Shown: piece by piece, positions 28,101 through 39,862 of the stretch
Numbering within the stretch: position 1 is the stretch's first letter
Layout: each line of letters starts with the position of its first letter
Origin: Eledone cirrhosa
Lineage: Eukaryota
Assembly (NCBI GenBank): GCA_964016885.1
Contig: CAXHJY010001471.1
Coordinates: forward strand, 1-64,000
DNA length: 64,000 bases
Direction: 5' to 3'
Translations under genes and position numbers: made by a program
Notes under the pieces: generated by a model
Database searches by the model: none
The model's input: only the letters and a program-made list of their open reading frames with translations
Told to the model about the DNA's origin: nothing

Positions 28101-30080
28101 TTTACCTTTTAAAGCGTCTCCCACAGGGATTGCCCGTCTCACCCTTTCTCTTTCTATATTACACAACAGAATTGTTTCCATCTCTAAATAAAATTGTAGA
28201 AGTATCAGGTTTTGCAGATGATATCAATTTATATACTTCATCTAGTATCATCAACAACAAAACCAAATTATGCACAGCCCTATCAACTGCAACTGAATGG
28301 GCAAAAGAAAATCGCCAACAATTTGATTCCTCTAAAACAACTGGTTTATTTCCATAATCATGAAACCATCAATTATTAATGCGATGAAATATACTTGATG
28401 AACCAACTACTGATACCACAAAATTCCATCGAGATACTAGGCATTTTGTTACAATCTGACTTGAAATGGAAAACTCATCGCTAATACACTGAAAAAAATG
28501 ACTTCAACATGGCATACAATTAAAGTAATCGCAAAGCAATTCCACTGCCTAACATACTACCACTTGAGACTGTATGGTAAGGGAGTCATCAATGCTCAAT
28601 TGTTGTATGGCAGCTGGGTTTGCGGTCACACAAGTACCAGCTATCTTCAAGCTAGTGATAGATTCCGTACCCAAATTGGAAAAAAACAATACTGGGATGT
28701 CTAAGATCTACTCCCAAGATAGCGATTTTTCATGAAGCAGGGTTAACCCCAACTCACTTGTTGATAGAAGAATCCAGGAAACGTAAATTGCTAACTGCTC
28801 AGTTTAAATGCAAAAGATAACAACATGATACTTGGATTCCTCCATGGTTAGAACAATTAAAATCATTTAAAATAATGATCAAAAACACAAAAGAGGAAGC
28901 AAAAGATCTCCCTAACATTATCACACAGTCAATATCTTTTAACAGCTGGGTCTGCTACACTGACGGGGCACATTCAGACAAGGGAATGGGTTGTGGAGCT
29001 ACTTGGTCTTTCAAAAATAATTATAAAGATATGAACTTAACTTTGCAAAATGGTGGGGTATTACATTATCCATAAATTCAGCTAAGGAATTGCCCTAGAA
29101 AAATGGTTTTCTATTTACTGATAGTCTATCGAACCTAGAACTACTTCAGTCAAGATAAAGGGGTTGGGTTAGAGATATTGAGAATGCTCTGCTAAAATTA
29201 GATAACTACTTCTCAGAAAATAATAATGAAATAACAGTGATTTGTATACCGGGTCATACTGATATTAGAGGAAATAAGAATGCAGACGAATTAGCAAAAT
29301 AGAGTGCACAAAGGGAAATGATAGAGATAGACTACATCCCAAATCTTTCGCAGGTAAAATCATTTAGCAAACAAATTATTAGGAAAACATTTTGGGAAGA
29401 ATCCAGAGATAAGCTCACAAATTTCAATCCACCACTTTCTCAACCAGATATGACAACATTCAAAACTTATCGATCATTGAGTAATGCAAATAAAAAAGAC
29501 TATGCTGGTTTTGAACCCCATTCTATCAAGAACAGGTCATAGAGATTCACCTCCATGTTCTTGTGGTGACTCTTCAGAAACACTTTGGCACTATTTGTTC
29601 CAATGTAGAAACTATCAGTCTGAGAGAGAGCCCATGTTGAAACCAATCTTTAAAAAACTACCAAGATTGGAAGTTCAATATATGATTACAGGTCTGCTAA
29701 ATATAAACAAAATCTTTGAGTACATGGAAGCTGCGAAAAGATTCAACAAGAGAAACTTGTAGCTTCCGTTGTTTCCTCTTTTCCTTTTCCTTTTCTTATG
29801 CATAATCTGCCTCCCATTGGCCTTCAATATTTGAAATCCTGTTTTTGTTATTTTATTTTTTCCCCTTTCTCTTCCTTCTTTTTTTATTTTTATTTTAGTT
29901 TTTATTTGTTGTTTTTTGTTGTTGTTTTTTTCTTTTCTTTTTTTCTTTTTCTTTCTTTTTATTGTCTCACTAGCTCTTTTTGATTAACAACTGTAAGGAG
30001 CACTCGATATTTCACCGAGTCTGTCATGGTTTGCTAGCTCTATACGGACGTTGAAATTGAATACATAAATAAATAAATAA
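25200..30080 (+). mobile_element. Decayed I-group LINE (zinc-knuckle ORF1 remnant, APE, RT, RNase H, CCHC) with (TAAA)n tail
   Basis: KCIHC...H and KCHKC remnants at ~25350-25440; FDIFLFQEP, GDFNAHH, GSDH; YRPIALLS, FGFR, LDIKGAYD, FADD; YTDGA, FTDS, PGHTDIRGN..ADELAK; CSCG..ETLWHYLFQC. Many stops. Confidence 0.85.
25598..26168 (-). mobile_element. Three stacked SINE copies inserted in the LINE
   Basis: Reverse-strand copies; TAACTCAATAATAATAATT recurs at 25741, 25944 and 26152. Confidence 0.9.
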
Positions 30081-30349
30081 TGCTGTGAAGGACGGCTAAC
30101 ACCTACAGGCACCCACACAAAATTGTGGTTGTGTTATTGGTTTTTTTTATTTTTGATCCAGGGTAACCCAGATTGCCAAAAAATTTCATTCATGATCAAC
30201 TCATTTTGTTTTTCTAAACATTTTGAACTCCGGGCTCTGATTTCAAATGTGTACTTCCTTTAATTTTTTAAGACGGTAGGTTGTAACATGATGAATATTT
30301 TGGCTGATCTTTCTAACAGATCAAAGTGACCACTTAAACGTTCCCTCAT

Positions 30350-30785
30350 TGGTTTCTATTACTGGCTGTATTGGGGGTGATAGTGAGGGGTGTTTGTTGT
30401 GATACTGGCTCATATTACAGGCTGTAGTGTGTGTGGTATTGAGAAGTATTTCTTCTGATATTGCCTCCTATCTCAGGCTCAATTGTGGCTCGTAGTTGGG
30501 GGGAGGGCTTGGTTTTAGTGTTGGTTCCTATTACAGGCTATATTGTAGGTGGTAAGAAAAGGGGGTGTTTATTAAGGGTTTGGTTCCTTTATTGGCTGTA
30601 TTGTGTGTGATAGTTAGGAAGGGTGGGCTTTTTGTGGTGTTGGCTCCTATCATTTGGCTTTATTGTGTGTGGTAGTGGGGTTATTGGTTGTAGTGGTGAC
30701 TCATATTACAGGCTATTTTGTGGGTAGTAGTAGATATGTTGGTTGTGGTGTTGGCTATACGGGAGATACGCTGGTTGTGGTGCTT
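30350..30785. repeat. Degenerate ~58-bp minisatellite (GGCTCATATTACAGGCTGTATTGTGTGTGGTAG-like), about 7-8 units
   Basis: Recurring TATTACAGGCT / TTGGCTC motifs at ~55-60-bp spacing. Confidence 0.7.
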
Positions 30786-31135
30786 TAGCAGATGAGTGAT
30801 ATTCGGTACAGATTAATCATCGGCTACAACACTATACCAGATGTATAAACTAAGATAAGGAGACTGTTAAGTGTAAGGCCTGACTTTACTAAATTAGTTT
30901 TTGGTTCAAGAAACAGATTCTCACGGCACACAATATGTGCTGAAGATGTTATAACAGTTAAAACAAAACCCGCTTTTTTAATGGTGCAACTGACATTAAC
31001 ACACATCTGCAGACACATAGCCACACATAACACATACATACACATGCTTACACTACAAGTGCATATATATATATATATATATATAAGTGTGTGTGTGTGT
31101 GTGTGCGTGTGTGTCTGTATTCATGTATGAATGAG

Positions 31136-31184
<49 letters not shown>

Positions 31185-31214
31185 TCTGTGTATAGGTATG
31201 TATACATGTATCTA

Positions 31215-31225
31215 GACAGACAGAC

Positions 31226-31294
<69 letters not shown>

Positions 31295-31306
31295 GATAGA
31301 TAGATA
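31215..31306. repeat. (GACA)3(GATA)14 AATA (GATA)5; left boundary of the Tx1 array
   Basis: Units counted directly. Confidence 0.95.
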
Positions 31307-31530
31307 AATTTCTATTTATTTGCCACGAGGGCACAAAAGAAGGGGACAAATACAGTGGGGGAGTTTACATAAATCGAGTAAAGAAAAAAGGAATAACAAT
31401 AATAATATAATAATAAAAAGTCCTCAAAAGGGCGTGTTCGGGATTGCACATACCCCCGAAAAGTGTGCAACCCTTTTCGCGGGGGAAGCCCAGAGAGGAG
31501 GCGCTCCCCCTTTTCTCTTCACTTCTTCAC

Positions 31531-34500
31531 CTACAGAACAATGTAGAGAGAAGGCCCATTTACACGAGCCATTCTCGCTTCTTTCACCCACCTTTCATAA
31601 AACTGTCTGGGGCCAAGCACTTCTCTCTCCATCCTGATCCTTCTTCCGAAGTGGTATCGAAAGAAGTAAACCAGGTGATGGCCGGAGAGAAAGTCACCCG
31701 ACCTCAGACCTTTCAGGCGCGTCCACCACACAACCTCTTTCATCATGGCTATTATGCACAGAAAGACCGCCTCTGCTTCGTTTCTGAAGGGAGGCGGCGG
31801 CTTGATGTTCACCACAGACTCGGCGGTTAATCGAATCGGCGCCACACGCGACAGCAGTCGTTCGACGTAGCCCCACAGATCGGCAACGCCCGGGAAGTGT
31901 ACCAGTGCATGCGCAACGGTTTCCTCGTCGCGCACGCATCTGGGACAGATCTTTTTCGCTGGATCCCTGCCCGGGCGCCCGTGTCTGTAGAGCTTTTCTC
32001 GAACGGGCAGAGCCCCCCGGTAACACTGCCAGGCTAGGGACCTCTGGAAGTTGTCCATGGGTCCCGGGCCGAAAGTTCTACCGAACAGGCTGGCCAGTTC
32101 GTCCTCCTCCATGCCTAGCGACTCTCCAAGGGTGTCGTCGCCCCTGCTAGCCACCAGCCCTCTATAGAATGTCGAGGTGGATTCTCCACTGAAGTCGGGT
32201 CCGCTTGCCAGATAGCCGTGAGCGCCTGGGCACACTCGGTGTGCCAGTTGCCCAGTTTTCTCGGTCTTTGCTTCACCCAGGATTGCAGCTCGGTGAGCGA
32301 GACGAACTGTGGGAAGGCTCGCCTCACAAACGGGGCCCACACCGGCTGACCGGTGAGGAATACCTGTAGATGCCGTAGCCTCAATGCGTGCCTACGCATC
32401 AACATCCACGGCATATCCAGCCCTCCTTTCGAAGGGTGCTGGCAGCAGATGGATCTCCTCACCATGGGAGGCCGCTTCTTCCAGAGGAACTGGAAGAGCA
32501 TGCTTTCCATGATGGTGATCTTTTCCTTGGGGCAAGGCACCACGGTCAGGCGGTAGCAGATGACGACCTTTCAGTGATAGTTTGCACTTGGCCCACTTCT
32601 GGGTCAGCGCAAACACCCTGCTCGTCACCTCGCCCCAATTCTTCTCCACCTGGAGGTCCGGTCCGAACCAGACCCCGAGCAGCTTCACCGGGCCCTCCGT
32701 CCACCGCCCGACGACACCGTCTAACGGCATCGGTTTGCCCCTCCACGTTCCGAGTTGCAAACCGACTGACTTGTCCCGGTTCAGCCTAGCCCCCGTCAGC
32801 CTTTCGTATTCCTCCAGTAGGGTGGCGATCGCCCCGATTTCCGAGGCGTCCGCCACCATTACTGTTACGTCGTCGGCATAGGCCGAGACCGCTTTGTGCA
32901 ATCCCGGTTCCAGGGGTATGCCCCGCAGCAACTCCAACTTCCGCAGCAGTGGCTCGAGAGTCAATACGTACAGAAGGGAGGAGAGGGGGCACCCCTGTCT
33001 GATGGACCGGGTGATTTGAAACGGCTCCGAGAGGTAGCCGTTTACTTTAATCCTAGAGTAGATGTTGCCACTGTGGATGGCAGAAATCCAGCCCCTGAAA
33101 ACGGGTCCGAAGCCCGCCGCCGCTAGCACCGCATCCAGGTAACCATGGTCGACCCTATCGAACGCCTTAGATTGATCCAAGTTGATCAGGGCCCCACCAA
33201 AGCCGGGTTCGTTGCCAACCCTCTCTATGATGTATCGCATGAGGTGGAGGTTGTCGTGAATGGACCTGGACGGGATAGCGCATGTCTGCGCGTCTCCCAC
33301 CAAACCACCCACCACAAGCGCCAACCTCTTCGCCAACACCTTGGCCAAAATCTGTAACTCTGCATTCAGCAGAGTTATGGGCCTAAAGTTACTTAAGTCG
33401 TCCCCCTTGCTCTCGTTCTTCCTCACTAGCGTGACCACGCCCTTGGTCACAGAACAGGGAATTCTCCCGTTCTGTTGCCAGTTGCAATAGACAGCCTCGA
33501 GGAGTTCGGAGAACAAGACCGGCATAGCTAAATAAAGTTCGTATGGTAGACCATCGAGACCCGGAGATTTGCGTCTGCTGCATTGGCTGAGCGCTTCCCC
33601 GATTTCAGTGGCTGTGATTGGCCTTTCGCAGCACTCCGCTTCGCCGCTCGAAAGACGCGGTAGACCGTCGAGGTATGGACCGAAGTCCACATCCCCGTCC
33701 GGCCCCCCGCCCCCTCCGAACAGTCGAGCAAAGTGCCTTTGAAAGGCCTCGCACATCCGCTCAGGTTCAAGGATCACCCGTCCATCCTGGTCTCGCAAAG
33801 ACCGAATGGTGGATTTAATCCCACTCTTGGCTTCTGTCACGCGGGCCCAGCTAACAGCTTTGGTCCCCTCGTTTCCTAAAGCACGTATTTTACTTCGGAC
33901 AACGCAGCCTTCGTGCTTCGCGTCAAAGAACTGGCTCAACGCCGTTCTCGCCGCTAACACTCTGGCTACGTCTCCGCTCCTAATCGCCTCTTCTAGTTTA
34001 TCTGTTAACTCCCTTTCCTTCCTATTTCTATTCGCCGCTAGTTCCTTACTGTAACCTATCGAACTTACTCTAATCTCTCTCTTTAGAGATACCCACCACC
34101 TACTGTTGACGATCGCTCCCGTCAACCGCATCTTAACTAAGCTACTAATCCGGTTCCTGTAATCTTTCTTTGCCGGCAAGGACAAGTTCATCTTCCAGTA
34201 ACCGGGACCCTGTCTATGCGTTCTATCAAGGTTGACCACGCAGGTCACTAATTTGTGATCTGAATAGCCAACCATGATCAATTCTGGACAACTAAATACG
34301 TCCCTATCCTTACTCCTAACCAAAATCCTATCTAGGTACGATCTAGATTGTCCACTGCGGTTTGCCCAGGTCCAGGTTGGCGCAGTTGGACAATCTAGTC
34401 GAAATCTATCGACCAGGTCGAATCGATCGAGTAACCCCTTGAGGCTGCTACACCCCCCTCTATCGGGACATGCCCCTGCATAGTCCCAACGCGCATCTAG

Positions 34501-34940
34501 GATTCCATTCCAGTCCCCCACTAAAAGCAGGGAGCGCGACGTTCCTAGAAAAGTCTCCAGACGCTGGAAGAAGTCGGCTCTTTCAGCCCCGAAGGGGGCA
34601 TAAAGACCGACCAGTCTGAAAGCCCCGCCTTCGCCGCCTCCGACGTCCAGCACCAGTAATCGACCCCCCGGGTCCGAGTGAACAATCTGTACGTCGAGAG
34701 CCAGACGTTTATCCAGCAGTACCGCAACTCCACCCCCCCCCCGCCTCCGGGTTGACAGAGAGATGCGTGCATCTCAAAGTCATCGAAGGCGGGAGCCAGC
34801 TGTCGCACGCTGCTGATCCGACTCTCGCAAACAACCATCACATCTATACTTCGTGACCTGAGGTCACTTAGTAGCTTTGCTTGCTTCCAAGCTGAGCCCA
34901 GGCCACGCGCGTTCAAACAGCCAACTCTCAATTGATCTAT
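31531..34940 (-). pseudogene. ORF2 (APE endonuclease, RT, C-terminal zinc finger) of copy A1, frameshifted
   Basis: LNARG, GDWN, YLDR, SDH, WKMN; KSPGLDGLP, FRPITLLN, LDQSKAFDRV, RQGCPLS, AYADD; KGGL.MP; CPRC..EET..H. This motif set is Tx1/L1-like. Confidence 0.92.
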
Positions 34941-35923
34941 TTTGGTGTTGAAAGTGAAGAAAGAAAAGCACCTACCTCTCCGGGTTGTGTAATTTCCATG
35001 GCGTCAGGTGTGTTGGGTGGAGGGATGTTTTGTGGTGGTGTGGGGGTGCCCGAGTGTGGTTGGGTTGGGGTGTTTGGAGTTGTGTCAGGGAGAGGGGAGG
35101 TTATGGGGAAATCTTTCAAGAGGACGCGATTTAACGGTTTTAAACAGATGCGATCCGGGATTTGTGCTATTCTTTCGGGCCTCATTTGGAGTAGTAGGTC
35201 GAGGCCCATTCCCAGGAACGCATCTCCGGATGCCTTCCCCATTGACAGCACTGTGTCCTCGCCCATGTCTATGAAGCCAGCAATAGCCCACCAGAAGTCC
35301 ATTGTGGGTAGCATTGTTTGTATTTTTACTCTCTGTGTTCTTCTACCCATGTAGGAGGGATAGAAGCTGTATGTTGTCGATGAGAGTGGGCTTAGGGAAA
35401 GCTTCTGCGCCGTTTCCTTGTCTTTTGTTAAGACCGAAATGCTGCCATAGAGTCGGTCCTTTCGTATGAAGAGAATATTCTTCATATAGTCTTTTAGGAC
35501 CAACTCTATCTCCATTTGGCTGGGCTGTGCTGGCTTTCTTGTTTGGTTTAGGATTGTTCTGAAGAGAACTGTGTTCTCTGTTCTCGCTTTCTTGAATTCT
35601 GGGGGGGAGTTAATGGAAAACATTCCATTCTCCCCCAAAACAATGTGTTTCTTTGCTTCGGCCAGTTTTTCTCTGGCGGCAGTTAGGTCTATTGGTGTAT
35701 ATGTTATGGACTGTTTTGTTTTCTGGGCGAAAGTTGCCTTGTTGTTATTTGTATTATTATTTTCTGTTTGTTTGTTTTCCGTTTGCTCATTTTCCGTAAC
35801 ATTTGTTTTTTCATTTTCCTTGTTTGTTTCGTTGTCTAATTTTGTTGTATTTATTTTTTGTTCTTCAGACTTGGGGGGCGTGGCAGAGCTAATGGCAGAC
35901 ATGTCTGCCATCTTTTCCGCCAT
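34937..35923 (-). CDS. ORF1 of copy A1 (~800-bp deletion removes the zinc knuckle; remaining ORF open)
   Basis: 328-aa ORF; compared with A2, the segment equivalent to ~49255-50059 is absent at ~35146. Confidence 0.8.
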   Translation of the reverse strand: MAEKMADMSAISSATPPKSEEQKINTTKLDNETNKENEKTNVTENEQTENKQTENNNTNNNKATFAQKTKQSITYTPIDLTAAREKLAEAKKHIVLGENGMFSINSPPEFKKARTENTVLFRTILNQTRKPAQPSQMEIELVLKDYMKNILFIRKDRLYGSISVLTKDKETAQKLSLSPLSSTTYSFYPSYMGRRTQRVKIQTMLPTMDFWWAIAGFIDMGEDTVLSMGKASGDAFLGMGLDLLLQMRPERIAQIPDRICLKPLNRVLLKDFPITSPLPDTTPNTPTQPHSGTPTPPQNIPPPNTPDAMEITQPGEVGAFLSSLSTPK

Positions 35924-36394
35924 GCTGCCAAGAAAGAAATTTTACAGCAAAATAGATATTTATTTTACCCCCTAAAAAGGGGGTAAATGTAAAAATGTTT
36001 CCCTAAATAACAGGGGTTATTGTTCCAAATGTGTTGCACTGAAAAAGTTATCTGGTACTTACTATAGTAAGGGTTAATTCCGATGGAATAGCGGAGCCGA
36101 TGTGAAGCGTGTCTTACTCTATCTATCTAGATAGATAGATAGATAGATAGATAGATTTCTTTATTAGCCACAGGGGCACAAAAGAAGGGGACAAATACAA
36201 AGGGGGAAGTTTACATACAATAAAAACGTGTAAAATGTTATCACAAATGGAATTTAAAAAGTTAGTCGATTTTCCCCAATAGAGGGAGACAGTTTATATG
36301 GGTAACACATACTCCCGAAAAAAAATGTGCAAACCTCATCTCCAGGAGTACGAAGAGTTTGTACTCCTTTCCTCTCCTCCTCCTTTTCCTCAAC

Positions 36395-39300
36395 CTACAG
36401 GCTAATATAGAGAGAAGGCCCATTCACTCGGGCCTTCTCGCCACTTTCACCCACCTTTCATAAAACTTGCTGGGGTACAGCACCTCTCTCTCCATCCTGA
36501 TTCTTCTTCCAAAGTGGTATTTGAAAAAAAGAATCAGTTGTTGGCCGGAGAGAAAGGTGTCTGACCTCAGCCCTTTCAACCTTGTCCACCATACAACCTC
36601 TTTCGCTATAGCTATCACACAAAGGAAAACCGCCTCTCCTTCATTTTTGAAGGAGGGTCGCGGTTTGATCATGACAATGGACTCGGTGGTCAACTGGATT
36701 GGTCCCACCCGCAACAATAGTCGTTCCACATAGCCCCACAGGTCAGTGACGCCCGGGCAGTGTATGAATGCGTGCGCGACGGTTTCTTCGTCTCGCACGC
36801 ACCTCGGACAGATCTTTTTTCCAGGGTCCTTGACCGGGCGCCCATGTCTGTAGAGCTTGTCTCGAACTGGTAGAGCTCCTCGGTAGCACTGCCAGGCCAG
36901 GGACTTTTGGAAGTTGTCCACCGGTCCCGGGCGGAAGGTCCTACCGAACAGACTGGCCAGTTCATCTTCCTCTACGCCTCGAGTTTCACCGAGCGCGTCG
37001 CCGCACTTGCTGCGGACCAACCCTCTATAGAATGACGAAGTGGAGTCTCCACTGATGGCCGGGTCCGCCTGCCAGAGGGCTGTGAGCGCCTGAGCACATT
37101 CGATGTGCCAGTCGCCCATTTTCCTCGGTCTTTGCTTGACCCAGGACTGCAGCTCGGTCAGCGAGACGAGTCGTGGGAAGGCTCGCCTCACGAACGGGGC
37201 CCACACCGATTGTCCGGTGAGGAATACGTAGAGATGCCGCAGCCTGAGCGCGTGTTTGCGCATCGTCAACCACGGCATCCCCAGCCCTCCGTTAGAAGGG
37301 TGTTGGCAGCAGATGGATCTTCTCACCAGAGGAGCCCGCCTCTTCCAAAGGAATCGGAAGAGCGCGCGCTCCATTTTGGCGAGCATTTTGGCTGGACAAG
37401 GCACGACGGTCAAGCGGTAGTAGATGGCGGACGCTATAAAAGTGTTCGCCACCTCCGCTCGACCTTTCAAGGATAGTTTGCACTCGGCCCACTTCTGGGT
37501 GAGTGCAAACACCTTGGCCGTCACTTCGTTCCAGTTCTTCTCCACCTGGAGGTCCGGACCAAACCAGACCCCGAGCAGCTTTACCGGTCCTTCCGTCCAG
37601 CGTCCGACGACGCCATCGGAAGGCATCGTCTGCCTCTCCACGATCCGAGTTGCAAACCGATGGACTTGTCCCGGTTCAGCTTCGCTCCTGTGAGACTTTC
37701 GTATTCCTTCAGTAAGGTGCCGACTTCCTCGATTTGCGAGGCACTCGACACCATTACTGTCATGTCGTCGGCGTAGGCCGACGCCGCTTTCCGCAGTCCC
37801 GGTTCCAGAGGGATGCCCAGCAATAGCTCCAGCTTCCGCAGTAGTGGCTCAAGAGTCAGTATGTACAGAAGGGAGGAGAGAGGGCATCCCTGTCGAATGG
37901 ATCGCGTAATATGGAACGGCTCCGAGAGGTAGCCGTTCACCTTGACCCTTGAGCAGATGTTGCTGTTGTGTATTGCAGCAATCCAGCCCCTGAACACGGG
38001 TCCGAAGCCTGCCGCCTCGAGCACCGCATCCAGGTAACGATGGTCAACCCTATCGAAAGCCTTAGACTGATCCAAGTTGATCAGGGCCCCACCGAAGCCG
38101 GGTTTACACCCTACCCTCTCTATGGTGTATCGCATGAGGTGGAGGTTGTCGTGTATGGACCTGGTTGCGATTGCGCATGTCTGCGCTTCTCCCACCAGGT
38201 TCTCGACGACAAGCGCCAGCCTCTTTGCCAACACCTTGGCCAAAATCTGTAACTCTGTGTTTAGCAGAGTTATGGGCCGGAAGTTGCCTATGTCATCCCC
38301 CTTATTCTCGTCCTTCCTGATTAGTGTGACCACGCCCCCGGTTACAGAACTGGGAATTCTCCCGTTCTGTTGCCAGTTGCAGTAGACCGCTTCCAGGAGA
38401 CTGGAGAATAAGTCCGGCATTGCTACGTGAAATTCGTAGGGTAGACCGTCGAGACCTGGAGATTTGCGTTTGCCGCATTGGCTCAGCGCATCCCCTATCT
38501 CAGTGGCTGAAATCGGCTTTTCGCAGAACTTTGCCTCGCTGTCCGAGAGTCGCGGTAGGCCGTCGAGGTATGGACCGAAATCCATAGCCTCTCCCGGCGT
38601 GCCGCTCCCCCCGAACATTTGAGCAAAGTGCCGCTGAAAAGCCGCACACATCTGCTTCGGCTCACGTATCACGCGTCCGTTTTGGTCCTTCAAAGACCCA
38701 ATCGTGAACTTGTTGCCACTTTTTGCCTCCGTCACTCGGGCCCAGCTAACAGCTTTGGCTCCCTCGTTTCCCAGAGCACGTATTTTGCTTCTGACAACGC
38801 AGCCCTCGTGATTTGCGTCGAAGAACTGGTCCAAGGCCGTTCTCGTTGCTAGCACGCTGGCTACGTTGCCACTTCTAATTGCATATTCTACTTTATCTAC
38901 CAGTTCCTTCTCGGTTCTATTTCTATCTAACGCTAATTCTTTACTAAAAACTATCGAGTCTAATCTAACTGCCCTCTTGAGAGAGTACCACCATCTGTTG
39001 TTGACAATGGCCCCTGTCAAGAGCTGTTTAACTAAAGTGCTAATCCGTCTACTGTAGGCTTTGCTTGTCGGTAACGACAAGTTCAGCTTCCAGTAGCCGG
39101 GTCCTTGTCTATGGGTTCTATCAAGGTTGGCCATGCAGGTCACTAGTTTGTGATCTGAATAGGCAACCATGAACATTTGTGGACAGCTTAACATGTCCCT
39201 ATCCTTATTTCTAACTAGAACCCTATCTAGGTACGATCTAGATGTTCCGCTACGATTACTCCACGTCCACAGTGTCGCAGTCGGAAAATCTAGTCGATAT

Positions 39301-39829
39301 CTATCGGCCAGGTCAAATCGGTCGATTAACTGTTTGAGGCTGTTACACCCCCTTTATCGAGACATGCTCCCACATAGTCCCAACGTGCATCTAGGATTCC
39401 ATTCCAGTCCCCCACTAAAAGCAAGGAGCGGGACATTCCCAGAAAAGTCTCTAGACGTTTGAAGAAGTCTGGCCGCGGAGTCCCGGATGGGGCATATGCG
39501 GCCACCAGCCTGAAGGCTCCACCTTCACTACCGTCAACGTCTAGGACCACCAGTCGACCCTCCGGGTCCAGATGTACTGTCTGTGTTACGAGGCCCAGGT
39601 GTTTCCGCAGCAAAACGGCAACTCCGCCCCCACCCCCCGGTTGACAGACAGATGCGTAGATCTCAAAGTCATCGAAGATGGGAGCCAGCTGTTGCTCGCC
39701 GTGGATCCTGGACTAGCAAATGGCTACCACATCCATACTGTGCGACCTGAGGTCGTTTAAGAGTTTGCCCTGTTTCCAGGGCATCCCCAGGCCGCGTACG
39801 TTCACACATCCAACTCTTATATTGGCCAT
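36395..39829 (-). pseudogene. ORF2 of family B (ATG at 39829, MANIRVGCVNVRG), with a stop and frameshifts
   Basis: Same APE/RT/zinc-finger motifs, split over the ORFs 39326-39613, 37581-39194 and 36424-37641. Confidence 0.9.
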
Positions 39830-39862
39830 GTTGGTGCTGAAAAGTTAAGAGAGGAAAAGAGA

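Larger units (their letters stand above)
31307..36120 (-). mobile_element. Tx1/L1-type non-LTR retrotransposon, family A copy 1 (5' end intact, ORF1 internally deleted)
   Basis: ORF1 + ORF2 (APE-RT-zinc finger); near-identical to 45414-51034; 3' end AATAAATAGAAATT joined directly to (TATC)n. Confidence 0.93.

Noticed and set aside
34731-34745. Programmed frameshift at the G-run in the endonuclease (also 48827-48850)
   Set aside because: Family B is in frame at the same site with an interrupted run, and run lengths differ between A1 and A2; homopolymer slippage or sequencing error is simpler.
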